A stretch of 64,000 nucleotides of DNA from Candidatus Undinarchaeales archaeon (GTDB lineage: Archaea > SpSt-1190 > JASMDC01), in the NCBI GenBank assembly GCA_030753015.1, contig JASMDC010000005.1:64001-128000 (forward strand), given 5' to 3'. The notes below the pieces were generated by a model. The model searched no databases and had not been told where the DNA came from. It worked only from the letters and a program-made list of their open reading frames with translations. The position numbers and the translations under genes are program-made. Below, piece by piece: positions 9,600 to 19,104 of this stretch. Position 1 is the first letter of the stretch. Every line of letters begins with the position of its first letter.

Positions 9600-10985
9600 A
9601 TGGATCTGATCATAAAGAATGGGACTATAGTCACCGAATCCGATACCTTCAAGGGGGACATCGGTATATCAGATGGCAAGATAACCGTGATTGCCGACAG
9701 TATCTCGGAGGATGCCGAACGGATCATCGATGCGTCCGGAAAGTACATCCTCCCCGGCGGGATCGATGTCCACACGCACATGGAGCTGCCGTTCTGCGGG
9801 ACCACTTCCGCGGATGATTTCTTCACGGGTTCGAAGGCCGCAGCCTTTGGAGGGGTCACGACGCTCATCGACTTCGCCATCCAGGGGAAGGGCACGACCC
9901 TCAAGGATACGATCGATGCGAGGAAGTCCCAGGCCGACCCGAAGGTGTGCATAGATTACTCACTGCATGCAGGGGTGACGGACTGGACCGAGAGGACGAA
10001 GAACGAGATCGCTGAGGTGATCAAATCCGGGATCCCCTCCTTCAAGTTCTTCATGATCTACAAGAACGAAGGCTGGATGGCTGACGACGGCACCCTCTTC
10101 GGTGCGTTGAAGGAGACGGCAAAGTACAACGGCATCGTGGGAGTGCATGCCGAGAACGCCTTCGTCATCGACCGGATAATCGAGGACTTCGTAAAGGAGG
10201 GCAAGACCGAGTGCAAGTACCATCCGTTGAGCAGGCCGAACTTCGTGGAGTCAGAGGCGATCTCGAGAGTGATCAACCTCGCTGAGGCAGCAAAAGGCAA
10301 CCTCTACATATTCCACATGTCCACGAAGGAGGGTCTCAGAGCGGTCAATATCGGCCGAAAGAGGGGGGTCCAAGTCTTTGCCGAGACCGGGCCACATTAC
10401 CTGCTCCTGAACGATGAGAAGTTCAGTAAGCCCGACGGCCATCTCTATGCCACCTGCCCACCCATCAGATCGAAGGAGGATTCCGAGGAGTTATGGAATG
10501 GCTTGACAAGGAACGAGATCCATACCCTCGCGACCGACCACTGTGCCTTCAACAGGGAACAGAAATCCATGTGGGAGGGCAATTTCACCAAGATCCCGTT
10601 CGGCATGCCCGGTATCGAGACGCTCGTCCCGATATCCTACTCGGAAGGGGTTGGGAAAGGGAGGCTCTCCCTGAGTCAGTTCGTCAATCTGATCAGCACG
10701 AGACCAGCCAAGATCTTCGGTCTCTTCCCGAGGAAGGGCGCCGTGAGGATCGGAAGTGATGCCGATCTCGTGATCTTCGATCCTGAGAAGGAGGTCACGG
10801 TCTCTGCCGAGTCGCATCACATGAACATCGACTACTCCCCGTTCGAGGGACTGAAGGTCAAGGGATGGCCCGAGATCACGATACTCAGGGGCCGGATCAT
10901 CTGCGAGAAGGGCGAGTTCAAGGGAGAACGCGGCTATGGGACGTTCATTCCCAGGAAGATCGATCCGCAGTTCCTCAAGGTCTGA
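9600..10985 (+). CDS. hydA: Dihydropyrimidinase
   Basis: PGGIDVHTH, SFKFFM, VHAEN, HMS, TDHC, GSDADLVIFDP; AAGGAGG SD upstream. Confidence 0.94.
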   Translation: MDLIIKNGTIVTESDTFKGDIGISDGKITVIADSISEDAERIIDASGKYILPGGIDVHTHMELPFCGTTSADDFFTGSKAAAFGGVTTLIDFAIQGKGTTLKDTIDARKSQADPKVCIDYSLHAGVTDWTERTKNEIAEVIKSGIPSFKFFMIYKNEGWMADDGTLFGALKETAKYNGIVGVHAENAFVIDRIIEDFVKEGKTECKYHPLSRPNFVESEAISRVINLAEAAKGNLYIFHMSTKEGLRAVNIGRKRGVQVFAETGPHYLLLNDEKFSKPDGHLYATCPPIRSKEDSEELWNGLTRNEIHTLATDHCAFNREQKSMWEGNFTKIPFGMPGIETLVPISYSEGVGKGRLSLSQFVNLISTRPAKIFGLFPRKGAVRIGSDADLVIFDPEKEVTVSAESHHMNIDYSPFEGLKVKGWPEITILRGRIICEKGEFKGERGYGTFIPRKIDPQFLKV

Positions 10986-11025
10986 CCCGCATCGTTGAAC
11001 AAGAATACGAGGATGTGATGATAAG

Positions 11026-12378
11026 ATGACAACCGCTGATGACAAGGATATTACGGTCGAGGACGTCCTGAATCCCGATTCGTTCGATGTGGACGAGGTC
11101 AAGGCACTGTGCGAGAAATACATCGCGCCCTGTGTCCACTATTACTATGAGAATCCCGTTCTCATCAGCAAGGGGAACGGGGCGACTCTCTATGATTCGG
11201 ATGGAAAGGAATACATCGACCTCTTTGCCGGTGTGTGCACCATATTATCGGGGCATTGCAATCCGAAGATCACGAACGCCCTGAAAAGGCAGCTGGATCT
11301 GCTGATGCACACAACGACCCTGTACCCCACGGTCCCAATGGTCGCCTACGCGAAGAAACTTGCATCGATCGCTCCCGGGCCATTGAACAAGTGCTTCTTT
11401 GTCAACAGCGGGTCCGAGGCGAACGAAGCGGCCCTCCACCTGATCAAGATGTACAAGGGCTCGCATTTCGTCATGTCGCTGAACGGCTCCTTCCATGGCA
11501 GGACCTTGATGGCCATGAGTCTGACGAACCAGGGTGCGTGGAGACAGAATCTCCCCTATGCAACGGGCGTGCTCGGTGCCCCGCACGCAAACTGTTATCG
11601 ATGCGCGTTCGGCCAGGAATACCCCGGCTGCGATTATGAATGCGCCAGATATGCCGAAAAGATCATCCGATGTCAGACACCCAACCAGATCGCGGGCATG
11701 ATCGTGGAACCGATACAGGGGAACGGGGGGGTCATAACACCACCTCCGGAATACTTCAAGATCCTGTACGAGATCACGAAGAAGTACGATGGTGTGTTCA
11801 TAAGCGACGAGGTCCAGACCGGGTTCGGAAGAACTGGGAAGACCTGGGGGATCGAACATTGGAACGTGACCCCAGATATCATCACCATGGCCAAGGGCAT
11901 GGCCTCGGGATTCCCCATCGGAGGTTTCATTGCTCGGGACGAGATAGCTGATATCCTCAATCCGAAGGACCTGTTCTCGACCTACGGCGGGAACCCGCTC
12001 GCAATGGTCGCAGGGCTTGCCAATATCGAGGTGTTCATGGAGGAGGACTTCCCTGCGAGGGCTGCAAGATTGGGCGCCGTGTACAAGAAAGGTCTGAACG
12101 AGCTGATGGAATCCCACAGCATCATCGGCGACGTACGGGGCAAGGGCCTCATGTTGGGCTTCGAGCTCGTCAAGAGCAAGGACGACAAGACGCCGCTGAC
12201 GGAAGAGACCCCCCGATTCATGGAGATCGCAAAGGACATGGGATTGTTCATCGGAGCCGGTGGTCTGGAGGGCAACGTGGTCAGGATCAAGCCGCCATTG
12301 GTCATGACACCAGAGCAGATAGACCGGTCACTGGAGATCCTGGATTCCGCCCTGAAGAAACTGGAATCGACTCTGTAG
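11026..12378 (+). CDS. Class III PLP aminotransferase, probable beta-alanine/beta-aminoisobutyrate transaminase
   Basis: NSGSEANE, FHGRT, EPIQGNGG, DEVQTGFGRTG, MAKG; last gene of pyrimidine catabolic run. Confidence 0.86.
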   Translation: MTTADDKDITVEDVLNPDSFDVDEVKALCEKYIAPCVHYYYENPVLISKGNGATLYDSDGKEYIDLFAGVCTILSGHCNPKITNALKRQLDLLMHTTTLYPTVPMVAYAKKLASIAPGPLNKCFFVNSGSEANEAALHLIKMYKGSHFVMSLNGSFHGRTLMAMSLTNQGAWRQNLPYATGVLGAPHANCYRCAFGQEYPGCDYECARYAEKIIRCQTPNQIAGMIVEPIQGNGGVITPPPEYFKILYEITKKYDGVFISDEVQTGFGRTGKTWGIEHWNVTPDIITMAKGMASGFPIGGFIARDEIADILNPKDLFSTYGGNPLAMVAGLANIEVFMEEDFPARAARLGAVYKKGLNELMESHSIIGDVRGKGLMLGFELVKSKDDKTPLTEETPRFMEIAKDMGLFIGAGGLEGNVVRIKPPLVMTPEQIDRSLEILDSALKKLESTL

Positions 12379-12395
12379 CGGCGAGGTCATCCCCA

Positions 12396-12418
12396 TCCCC
12401 CCGGGTGGTCCGGGGGGA
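12396..12418. terminator. GC-rich hairpin between convergent genes
   Basis: TCCCCCCGG-GTGGT-CCGGGGGGA, perfect 9-bp stem 18 nt after aminotransferase stop; second smaller hairpin CCATCCC/GGGATGG at 12496-12514. Confidence 0.55.
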
Positions 12419-12565
12419 GGATCCTTTCCTGAGCGCAGTCAGTTTCTAGGAACACCGCTCCAGGATGTCCGCGAATCCTCGGATGATGGACACCCCCATC
12501 CCACGAGGGGATGGAGGCGAGCACGATCCTTGTGTGACGCGATCAGATCTCATACAGTCCTTCGG

Positions 12566-14017
12566 TTAGAACCAGCGCGAGATCAGGACCTTCTTGTGTG
12601 TAAAGAAGTTGATCGCATCCTTGCTCTGGCCGTGGATGTCACCGAAGAACGAATCCTTCATCCCGCAGAATGGGAAGCACGCGATCGGTGCCGCGACGCC
12701 TATGTTGACCCCGATGTTCCCGCACTCCACCTCATAGTGGAACCTGCGTGCAGTCTTCCCACTCTCGGTATAGAGGATGGCCGAATTGCCGTAACGGCTG
12801 GAATTGACCAACCCTATTGCCTGTTCAAGGTCCTTCGCTTTCCACAATGAGAGTACCGGCCCGAAGATCTCTTCCCTTCCAACGGTCATCTCCGGGGTAA
12901 CGTCTTCGAAGATACAAGGCCCGATGAAGTGTCCGTTCTCGCACCCTTCTACAGACACGTTCCGACCATCAAGGGTCAGTCTCGTGCCCTCTTCAACACC
13001 CTTTTCGATGAGGCCCAGGATGCGCTGCTTGGCCGCAGCTGTAACGACCGGACCCATGGAGACGTCTTCATCCAAACCGTTGCCGACCCGGATCTTTTTT
13101 GCCTCCTCCATGATCCTGTCACGGAGTGGTGCGTAGATGTCACCAACTCCAACGACATTACTGATCGCAAGGCAGCGCTGGCCTGTGTTGCCGTAGACCG
13201 ACTTGATTATGTTCGGGATCGCACTCTCGAGATCTGCGTCGGGCATGACGACCGCGAAGTTCTTTGCACCGGCCTGGCACTGGACACGCTTTCCATACTC
13301 CGCTGCGGTCTTGTAGATATGCCTGGCAACAGGTGTTGATGTGACAGAGGATATGCCAGCGATGTCGGGGTGTTTGATCATCGCGTCCGCAACATCCTTG
13401 TCGCCGTGCACGAGCGAGATGACACCCGGAGGGAACCCGGCCTTGTCCATCAATTGAAAGACGAGGTCCACGGACGTGGGGGTGATCTCAGATGGTTTGA
13501 TGATACAGGTGTTCCCGGTCGCGGTCGCATAGGGAATGAACCAGAACGAGATCATCGTGGGGAAATTGAATGCTGAGATGACACCAAAGACGCCAAGGGG
13601 TACCCGGGTGAATTGCTCATCGATGTTCTCATTGATATCCGTTAAGAACTCGCCCTGCATGAGCGTCGGCATGCCGGTGCCGACCTCGATGTTATCGATG
13701 GTCCTTCCCATTTCAAGGTACGCTTCTCTGTAGACCTTACCATGGTCTTTGGTAAGGCACCGGGCTAGTTCCTCGAGATGGTCGTCGACCAGGTCCTTCA
13801 GCTTGAAAAGAGGCTGGACCCTTTTCATGGCAGGTACCATTCTCCAGCTCTCGAAAGCCTTCTTCGCCGCCGCTACAGCCTCGTTAAGCTCCCCTTGTGT
13901 TGACATGGGGACCTCTGCTAGAGTCTCACCCGTTGCCGGGTTCTCAACCGGCAAGAAGTTCTCAGCCTTTGATTCGACCCATTTACCATTGATGTAGTTC
14001 TTAAGCCTCTCGACCAT
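12566..14017 (-). CDS. mmsA: CoA-acylating (methyl)malonate-semialdehyde dehydrogenase
   Basis: AFNFP, KPSE, RVQCQAGAKNF, GQRCLA, EEIFGPV, YGNSAILYT, KDSFFGDIHGQ, C-terminal SRW. Confidence 0.9.
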   Translation of the reverse strand: MVERLKNYINGKWVESKAENFLPVENPATGETLAEVPMSTQGELNEAVAAAKKAFESWRMVPAMKRVQPLFKLKDLVDDHLEELARCLTKDHGKVYREAYLEMGRTIDNIEVGTGMPTLMQGEFLTDINENIDEQFTRVPLGVFGVISAFNFPTMISFWFIPYATATGNTCIIKPSEITPTSVDLVFQLMDKAGFPPGVISLVHGDKDVADAMIKHPDIAGISSVTSTPVARHIYKTAAEYGKRVQCQAGAKNFAVVMPDADLESAIPNIIKSVYGNTGQRCLAISNVVGVGDIYAPLRDRIMEEAKKIRVGNGLDEDVSMGPVVTAAAKQRILGLIEKGVEEGTRLTLDGRNVSVEGCENGHFIGPCIFEDVTPEMTVGREEIFGPVLSLWKAKDLEQAIGLVNSSRYGNSAILYTESGKTARRFHYEVECGNIGVNIGVAAPIACFPFCGMKDSFFGDIHGQSKDAINFFTHKKVLISRWF

Positions 14018-14309
14018 GCATCATCACCTTTATCTTAATATTATTGGATTAAAGTATATCAGGTCCTCATTTCCCCGTCGTCCTTTCCAGCGATCCGGTA
14101 CATCCCAAATAATATAAGGTTAGTGGACCCTGCCCCGATGGTCCGGGTATCGGGCGCCGTTGGCTTGGCCCTTGCTGCCCCCACGGATCTGTGAAATGGC
14201 CAAGAACTCCCTCTAGGAGCAGAGGATGCGGACGTCCGCCCCATCCACGAAACTCAAATAAAATAGTACACACATAGCGGGCACTCTGCCCATAGGGGGG
14301 ATTCAATCC

Positions 14310-16250
14310 ATGGCAAGCGAGATCGTCTGGCGCCCAACGGGAGCGTACCTCAAGAAGAGCAACATCCGCCGTTTCATGGACAAGCATGACATCGATGATT
14401 ACGACGGACTGGTCCGAAGGAGCATCGAGGAACGGGACTGGTTCTGGAACGCCGTCGTCGAGGATGCAAACGTCGAGTGGTTCGAGCCCTACACCCGGGT
14501 CTACGACGACTCGCGGGGGATCGAGTGGGCTAGGTGGTTCGTGGACGGGAAGATCAACATCGTGCACAACGTCCTGGACCGGCACGCACTCTCAAGCCGG
14601 CGTGACAAGCTAGCCTTCATCTGGGCCAGCGAGACCGGCGAGGAGAGGATGGTGACGTACGGGGAGCTCTACGAGGACGTCAACAGGTTCGCCAATGGCC
14701 TGAGGTCCCTGGGTATCGGGCGGGGGGACCCGGTGTGCATGTACATGCCCATGGTGCCCGAGATAATCGTGGCCTTCCTGGCGATCCTCAAGATAGGTGC
14801 CATCGCCGTCCCCATCTTCTCGGCCTTCGGGCCGGAGGCGGTGAGGACGAGGCTCGAGGACGTGGACGCACGGATCGTTCTCACGGCCGATGGGTCCATC
14901 AGGCACGGTAGGACCATCGAGATCAAGGCTAAGGCCGACCAGTGCGTGGAGGGCGTGGGGACGGTCGAGAAAATCATCGTCCTCAAGCGGCTGGGCAACG
15001 ATATCCCGTGGAAAGAGGGACGTGATGTCTGGTGGGACGAGCTTGTTTCCGGCCAGCCGGAGGAGTGCCGGACCGAAGAGATGGACTCGGAAGACACTGC
15101 AATGCTGCTCTACAGCTCCGGGACCACCGGGAAGCCGAAGGGAACGGTCCACACCCACGGGGGCAGCAACGTCCAGGTGGCCAAAGAGGTCGGGTACTAC
15201 ATGGACGTGAAGGAAGGGGACGTCCTCTTCTGGGTCACGGACATCGGGTGGATGATGGGTCCCTGGCAGATCCTGGGTGCCCAGCACCATGGCGCCACCC
15301 ATTTCATCTATGAGGGAGGGATCAACCATCCTGCTCCCGACAAGCTGTGGGAGCTCGTGGAGAGGTACAGTATCACCGGTCTGGGGATCTCGCCCACGCT
15401 CGTTCGTGTCCTGATCAAGGAGGGGGACGAGTGGGTGGCTCGCCACGACCTGAGTAGCCTGAGGATGCTCGGGTCCACCGGGGAGCCGTGGGACGATTCC
15501 TCCTGGAACTGGCTGTTCGAAAAGGTGGGCAAGCGAAGGCTCCCAATCATCAACATCTCGGGCGGGACGGAACTGTTCGGCTGCCTCCTGAGCCCACTGC
15601 CAATCACCGACCTCAAGCCAAAGACGCTCCGTGGACCGGGCCTCGGCATGGACATCGATTGCCTGGACGAGAACGGCAAGTCGGTACGCGGGGGGATCGG
15701 TACCCTTGTGTGCAGGAACGTCGGCCCCTCGATGACCAGGGGGTTCTGGGGGGATCCCGAGCGGTACATAGAGACCTACTGGTCGCACTTCCCCGGGATG
15801 TGGTATCATGCCGACCTGGCCCATGTGGACGCGGACGGGTTCTGGTTCCTTCTCGGGAGGGCCGATGACCTCATGAAGATATCGGGCATGCGCGTGGGTC
15901 CCGCGGATATCGAGACCGCGCTCATAGATCACGGGACCGTCAGCGAGGCGGCGGCCTTCGGGGTACCCGACGAGACGACAGGGGAGGCGATCGTCTGCTT
16001 CGCCGTGCTCAAACCGGGGAACGAGCCCAGCGACGACCTGCGCAAGGACCTGCGGGAGCATGTGGGGGACATCCTCGGCAAGCCCTTCAGACCGAGAAGC
16101 ATCCTCTTTGTGGAGGCCCTCCCGAAGACGAGGTCGGGGAAGATCGTCCGACGTACCATCAAGAACATCTACATCGGAAGCGGTCCCGTCGGCGACGTAT
16201 CGACGCTCGAGAACCCGGAGGCACTGGACGGGATACGAAGGGCCGTTTAA
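14310..16250 (+). CDS. Acetate/acyl-CoA ligase (Acs-like AMP-binding protein)
   Basis: YSSGTTGKPKG, TDIGWMMGP, STGEPW, SGGTE, GRADD, PKTRSGKIVRR. Confidence 0.92.
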   Translation: MASEIVWRPTGAYLKKSNIRRFMDKHDIDDYDGLVRRSIEERDWFWNAVVEDANVEWFEPYTRVYDDSRGIEWARWFVDGKINIVHNVLDRHALSSRRDKLAFIWASETGEERMVTYGELYEDVNRFANGLRSLGIGRGDPVCMYMPMVPEIIVAFLAILKIGAIAVPIFSAFGPEAVRTRLEDVDARIVLTADGSIRHGRTIEIKAKADQCVEGVGTVEKIIVLKRLGNDIPWKEGRDVWWDELVSGQPEECRTEEMDSEDTAMLLYSSGTTGKPKGTVHTHGGSNVQVAKEVGYYMDVKEGDVLFWVTDIGWMMGPWQILGAQHHGATHFIYEGGINHPAPDKLWELVERYSITGLGISPTLVRVLIKEGDEWVARHDLSSLRMLGSTGEPWDDSSWNWLFEKVGKRRLPIINISGGTELFGCLLSPLPITDLKPKTLRGPGLGMDIDCLDENGKSVRGGIGTLVCRNVGPSMTRGFWGDPERYIETYWSHFPGMWYHADLAHVDADGFWFLLGRADDLMKISGMRVGPADIETALIDHGTVSEAAAFGVPDETTGEAIVCFAVLKPGNEPSDDLRKDLREHVGDILGKPFRPRSILFVEALPKTRSGKIVRRTIKNIYIGSGPVGDVSTLENPEALDGIRRAV

Positions 16251-16266
16251 CGGCTCGAGGTGGGCA

Positions 16267-16785
16267 CTACTTACTGTCCGATCCTTCCTTGGACTCGATG
16301 TCGAAAAGAAGGTCCCCCACATTGACTAGGTCCCCCTCCTTGAAGTGGACCTTCTTCACCGTCCCATGAAAGGGCGCGGTCACCTTGCACTCCATCTTCA
16401 TGGCCTCGAGGATGAGCAGGTCCTGGTGTGGCTGTACACCGTCCCCCTCTCCCACGAGGACCTTCACGACCCGGCCAGGCATCTGTGCTGTGAGGTCGCC
16501 CTTTGAAGATGGGGATTGATCGATGACATGCGAGCTCTTCTCGACCCTCGTGAGCGTGAAGACCTCTCCATCGAAGGAGACGAACCGCTTGTCACCCGCA
16601 CTGGCAACGATGCACTTGTAGGACCTGGCACCATCATGGATCCGGAAGGCTCCCCCGCCAAGATCCTCGATCCTGACCTCGTGGGGTTCCCCGTCAATGG
16701 ATACCGTGAACGAGTCGTCTCCCTTCTCAACGCTAGCAACGAAGATCTTGGACCCGTACTCATAACCAACGTCTGTATAGCGCAT
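16267..16785 (-). CDS. Biotin carboxyl carrier subunit (with part of BT domain)
   Basis: MPGRV...EAMKME biotinylation motif; ATG 16785 follows GGAGG, 2 nt after upstream stop. Confidence 0.9.
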   Translation of the reverse strand: MRYTDVGYEYGSKIFVASVEKGDDSFTVSIDGEPHEVRIEDLGGGAFRIHDGARSYKCIVASAGDKRFVSFDGEVFTLTRVEKSSHVIDQSPSSKGDLTAQMPGRVVKVLVGEGDGVQPHQDLLILEAMKMECKVTAPFHGTVKKVHFKEGDLVNVGDLLFDIESKEGSDSK

Positions 16786-16787
16786 TG

Positions 16788-18293
16788 CTAGCTTATCCTC
16801 CATTTATCGCGGCCCTTCCACGGTGAGTAGGGATCTGCCTCGAGGAACGTTCCCTCCATCGGGACTGATCGTGCCCCCTCCAGCATATCGAATATCGATG
16901 CCGCGATGATCGCCTCCTTGGGAGGCGCCTCTCGTCCCTTCGGCCAGTCGCTGAAGTATTTTTGGATGAAGTTCGTGTCGGTCTGGCCCCGCCTGAAGGC
17001 GGCGTGGTGCGAGATCTCTTTCAGGAATGGTATGTTCGTGGTCACGCCAAGGGCCGAGTAGTTGGAGAGGGCCCACAGCATCTTGTCGATGGCCTCGTCC
17101 CGGTTCTCTGCATGGACGATGAGCTTTGCGAGCATGGGATCGTAGTGGTGGGTGATCTCGGTCCCCTTCTCGATCCCCATCTCATGTCTGATGTTACCCC
17201 CCAGGGGGATCGACAATTGGTGCAGCGTTCCCGTCGATGGCAGGAAGGACTTCTCCGGATCCTCTGCATAGATCCTGCACTCGATCGCATGCCCCCTGCT
17301 CCTAACCTCTGATTGCTGTATCGTTAGGCGCTCATCGGCAGCGATCTTGATCTGCCACTTGACGATATCGATTCCCGCTGTGGCCTCGGTGATCGCGTGC
17401 TCCACCTGAAGGCGAGTGTTCATCTCGAGGAAGTAGTAGTCCTTGCCGGACAGCATGAACTCCACGGTCCCTGCATTGGTGTATCCCACGGTCTCTGCAA
17501 CCTTGACGGCCGCCTCACCCATCCTCTCCCTCAGGTCCGAGGTAAGGGCCATGCTCGGAGTCTCCTCGATGATCTTCTGATGCCTTCGCTGGATCGAGCA
17601 TTCCCGTTCCAACAGGTGAACGGTGTGCCCGAAGTTGTCAGCCAGGATCTGGAACTCGATGTGACGTGGATCGATGATGAATTTCTCCAGCAGGAGCTTT
17701 CCGTCACCGAAGGCAGATATTGCCTCCCGGGCAGCGCTCTCTGCGGTGGAGATGAACTCCTTTCTCTCATGCACTATTCTGATGCCCTTGCCACCCCCGC
17801 CTGCGGCAGCCTTGATCATGACGGGGAAACCGATGACATCGGCCTCTTCGAGAAGTCTTTCATTGTCCTGTTCATCGCCGTGGTAGCCGGGTATCGTCGG
17901 GATCCCTGCCTTCTCCATGATCTGCTTCGAGCGGATCTTGCATCCCATGTCTCGTATGACGTCGGATCGGGGCCCGATGAACGAAAGCCCTGCGTCCTCG
18001 CATCGTTGTGCGAACTCCGGATTCTCGGACAGGAATCCATAGCCGGGGTGGATCGCTTCGGCCCCGCTCTTCTTAGCGACGTCGAGGAGCTTGTCGATGT
18101 TCATGTAGCTCTCCAGCGGTGAGGACTCGCCGAGGTGATGCGACTCGTCCGCCAGCTTCATGTGGACAGATCTCTCGTCGGCATCGGAGTAGATGGCGAT
18201 GGTATGTATCCCCATCTCCTGGCAGGCCTTTATCACCCTCGAGGCTATCGCCCCCCTGTTCGCGATGAGAATCCGCTTGAACATGTTCCTCAT
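16788..18293 (-). CDS. Biotin carboxylase subunit of acyl-CoA carboxylase (MCC alpha-like)
   Basis: ILIANRG, HPGYGFLSEN, GGGGKG, ERECSIQRRHQK, EMNTRLQVEH, YAEDP. Confidence 0.94.
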   Translation of the reverse strand: MRNMFKRILIANRGAIASRVIKACQEMGIHTIAIYSDADERSVHMKLADESHHLGESSPLESYMNIDKLLDVAKKSGAEAIHPGYGFLSENPEFAQRCEDAGLSFIGPRSDVIRDMGCKIRSKQIMEKAGIPTIPGYHGDEQDNERLLEEADVIGFPVMIKAAAGGGGKGIRIVHERKEFISTAESAAREAISAFGDGKLLLEKFIIDPRHIEFQILADNFGHTVHLLERECSIQRRHQKIIEETPSMALTSDLRERMGEAAVKVAETVGYTNAGTVEFMLSGKDYYFLEMNTRLQVEHAITEATAGIDIVKWQIKIAADERLTIQQSEVRSRGHAIECRIYAEDPEKSFLPSTGTLHQLSIPLGGNIRHEMGIEKGTEITHHYDPMLAKLIVHAENRDEAIDKMLWALSNYSALGVTTNIPFLKEISHHAAFRRGQTDTNFIQKYFSDWPKGREAPPKEAIIAASIFDMLEGARSVPMEGTFLEADPYSPWKGRDKWRIS

Positions 18294-19093
18294 TCACCCC
18301 CGGTTTTCCAGGAGGGTTTTCTCTTCTCAAGGAACGCTTGAACACCCTCGATGCCCTCGGGCGAGGCGCGGAGTCGGGCGATCGTCTCAGCATTGATCTT
18401 TTGGAGTTCAATCTCATCATGGAGATGGAACGATCTGACTAGCTCCTTGCACTCGCTAACGGCCCTCGGGCCACTTGATTTGATCCGCTTGATATTCTTG
18501 GCCACCAGGTCGTCCAGCTCTTCGTGTTTCGCTATCCCATCCACGAGGCCAAGCTCCACTGCCTTCCCCGGTCCGAAGCGTTCGCCCGTTATGAACAAGG
18601 ACCTGGCCTTCGATGGACCTATCTTTCTGATGATGTACGGGGAGATGACCGCTGGTACGAGCCCCAGCTTCACCTCCGAGAACGCGAACACCGCCTTCTC
18701 ACTCGCGATCGCGATATCGGATGCGCCGACAAGCCCGACGCCGCCTCCGATGGCAGCTCCGTTGATCCTCGTTATCACCGGCTTGCTGCATCTGTCGATG
18801 GTTTCGAGCATCCTGGATAGTGTGAACGCGTCACGCAGGTTCTCCTCGTCCGAGTATTCCGCCATCCTCCTCATCCAGTTCAGGTCGGCTCCGGCACAGA
18901 ACGATTTGCCCCTGCCGGTGAGCACGATAACGCGGATCTTTGGGTCAGCGTCCAAGGCCTCGAAGCACTTTGTCAGCTCCAGGACAAGCTGATCGTTGAA
19001 GGCGTTGTGGACCTCCGGCCTATCGAGGGTGACGGTGGCGACACCATCATCGGACTCGACACCTATCGACTCAAGATCAAACATCTCAACCAT
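18290..19093 (-). CDS. Methylglutaconyl-CoA hydratase (crotonase family, LiuC-like)
   Basis: RPEVHNAFN, FCAGADLNWM, GGGVGL, SEVKLGLVPAVISPY; located between MCC subunits as in liuBCD. Confidence 0.87.
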   Translation of the reverse strand: MVEMFDLESIGVESDDGVATVTLDRPEVHNAFNDQLVLELTKCFEALDADPKIRVIVLTGRGKSFCAGADLNWMRRMAEYSDEENLRDAFTLSRMLETIDRCSKPVITRINGAAIGGGVGLVGASDIAIASEKAVFAFSEVKLGLVPAVISPYIIRKIGPSKARSLFITGERFGPGKAVELGLVDGIAKHEELDDLVAKNIKRIKSSGPRAVSECKELVRSFHLHDEIELQKINAETIARLRASPEGIEGVQAFLEKRKPSWKTGGE

Positions 19094-19104
19094 CGGAATC
19101 CCAC

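Noticed and set aside
14610-16322. 570-aa antisense ORF and similar long shadow ORFs (e.g. 1932-3212, 3353-4603, 7171-8352, 60823-62049)
   Set aside because: They overlap well-supported genes, lack motifs, and are expected in high-GC DNA.
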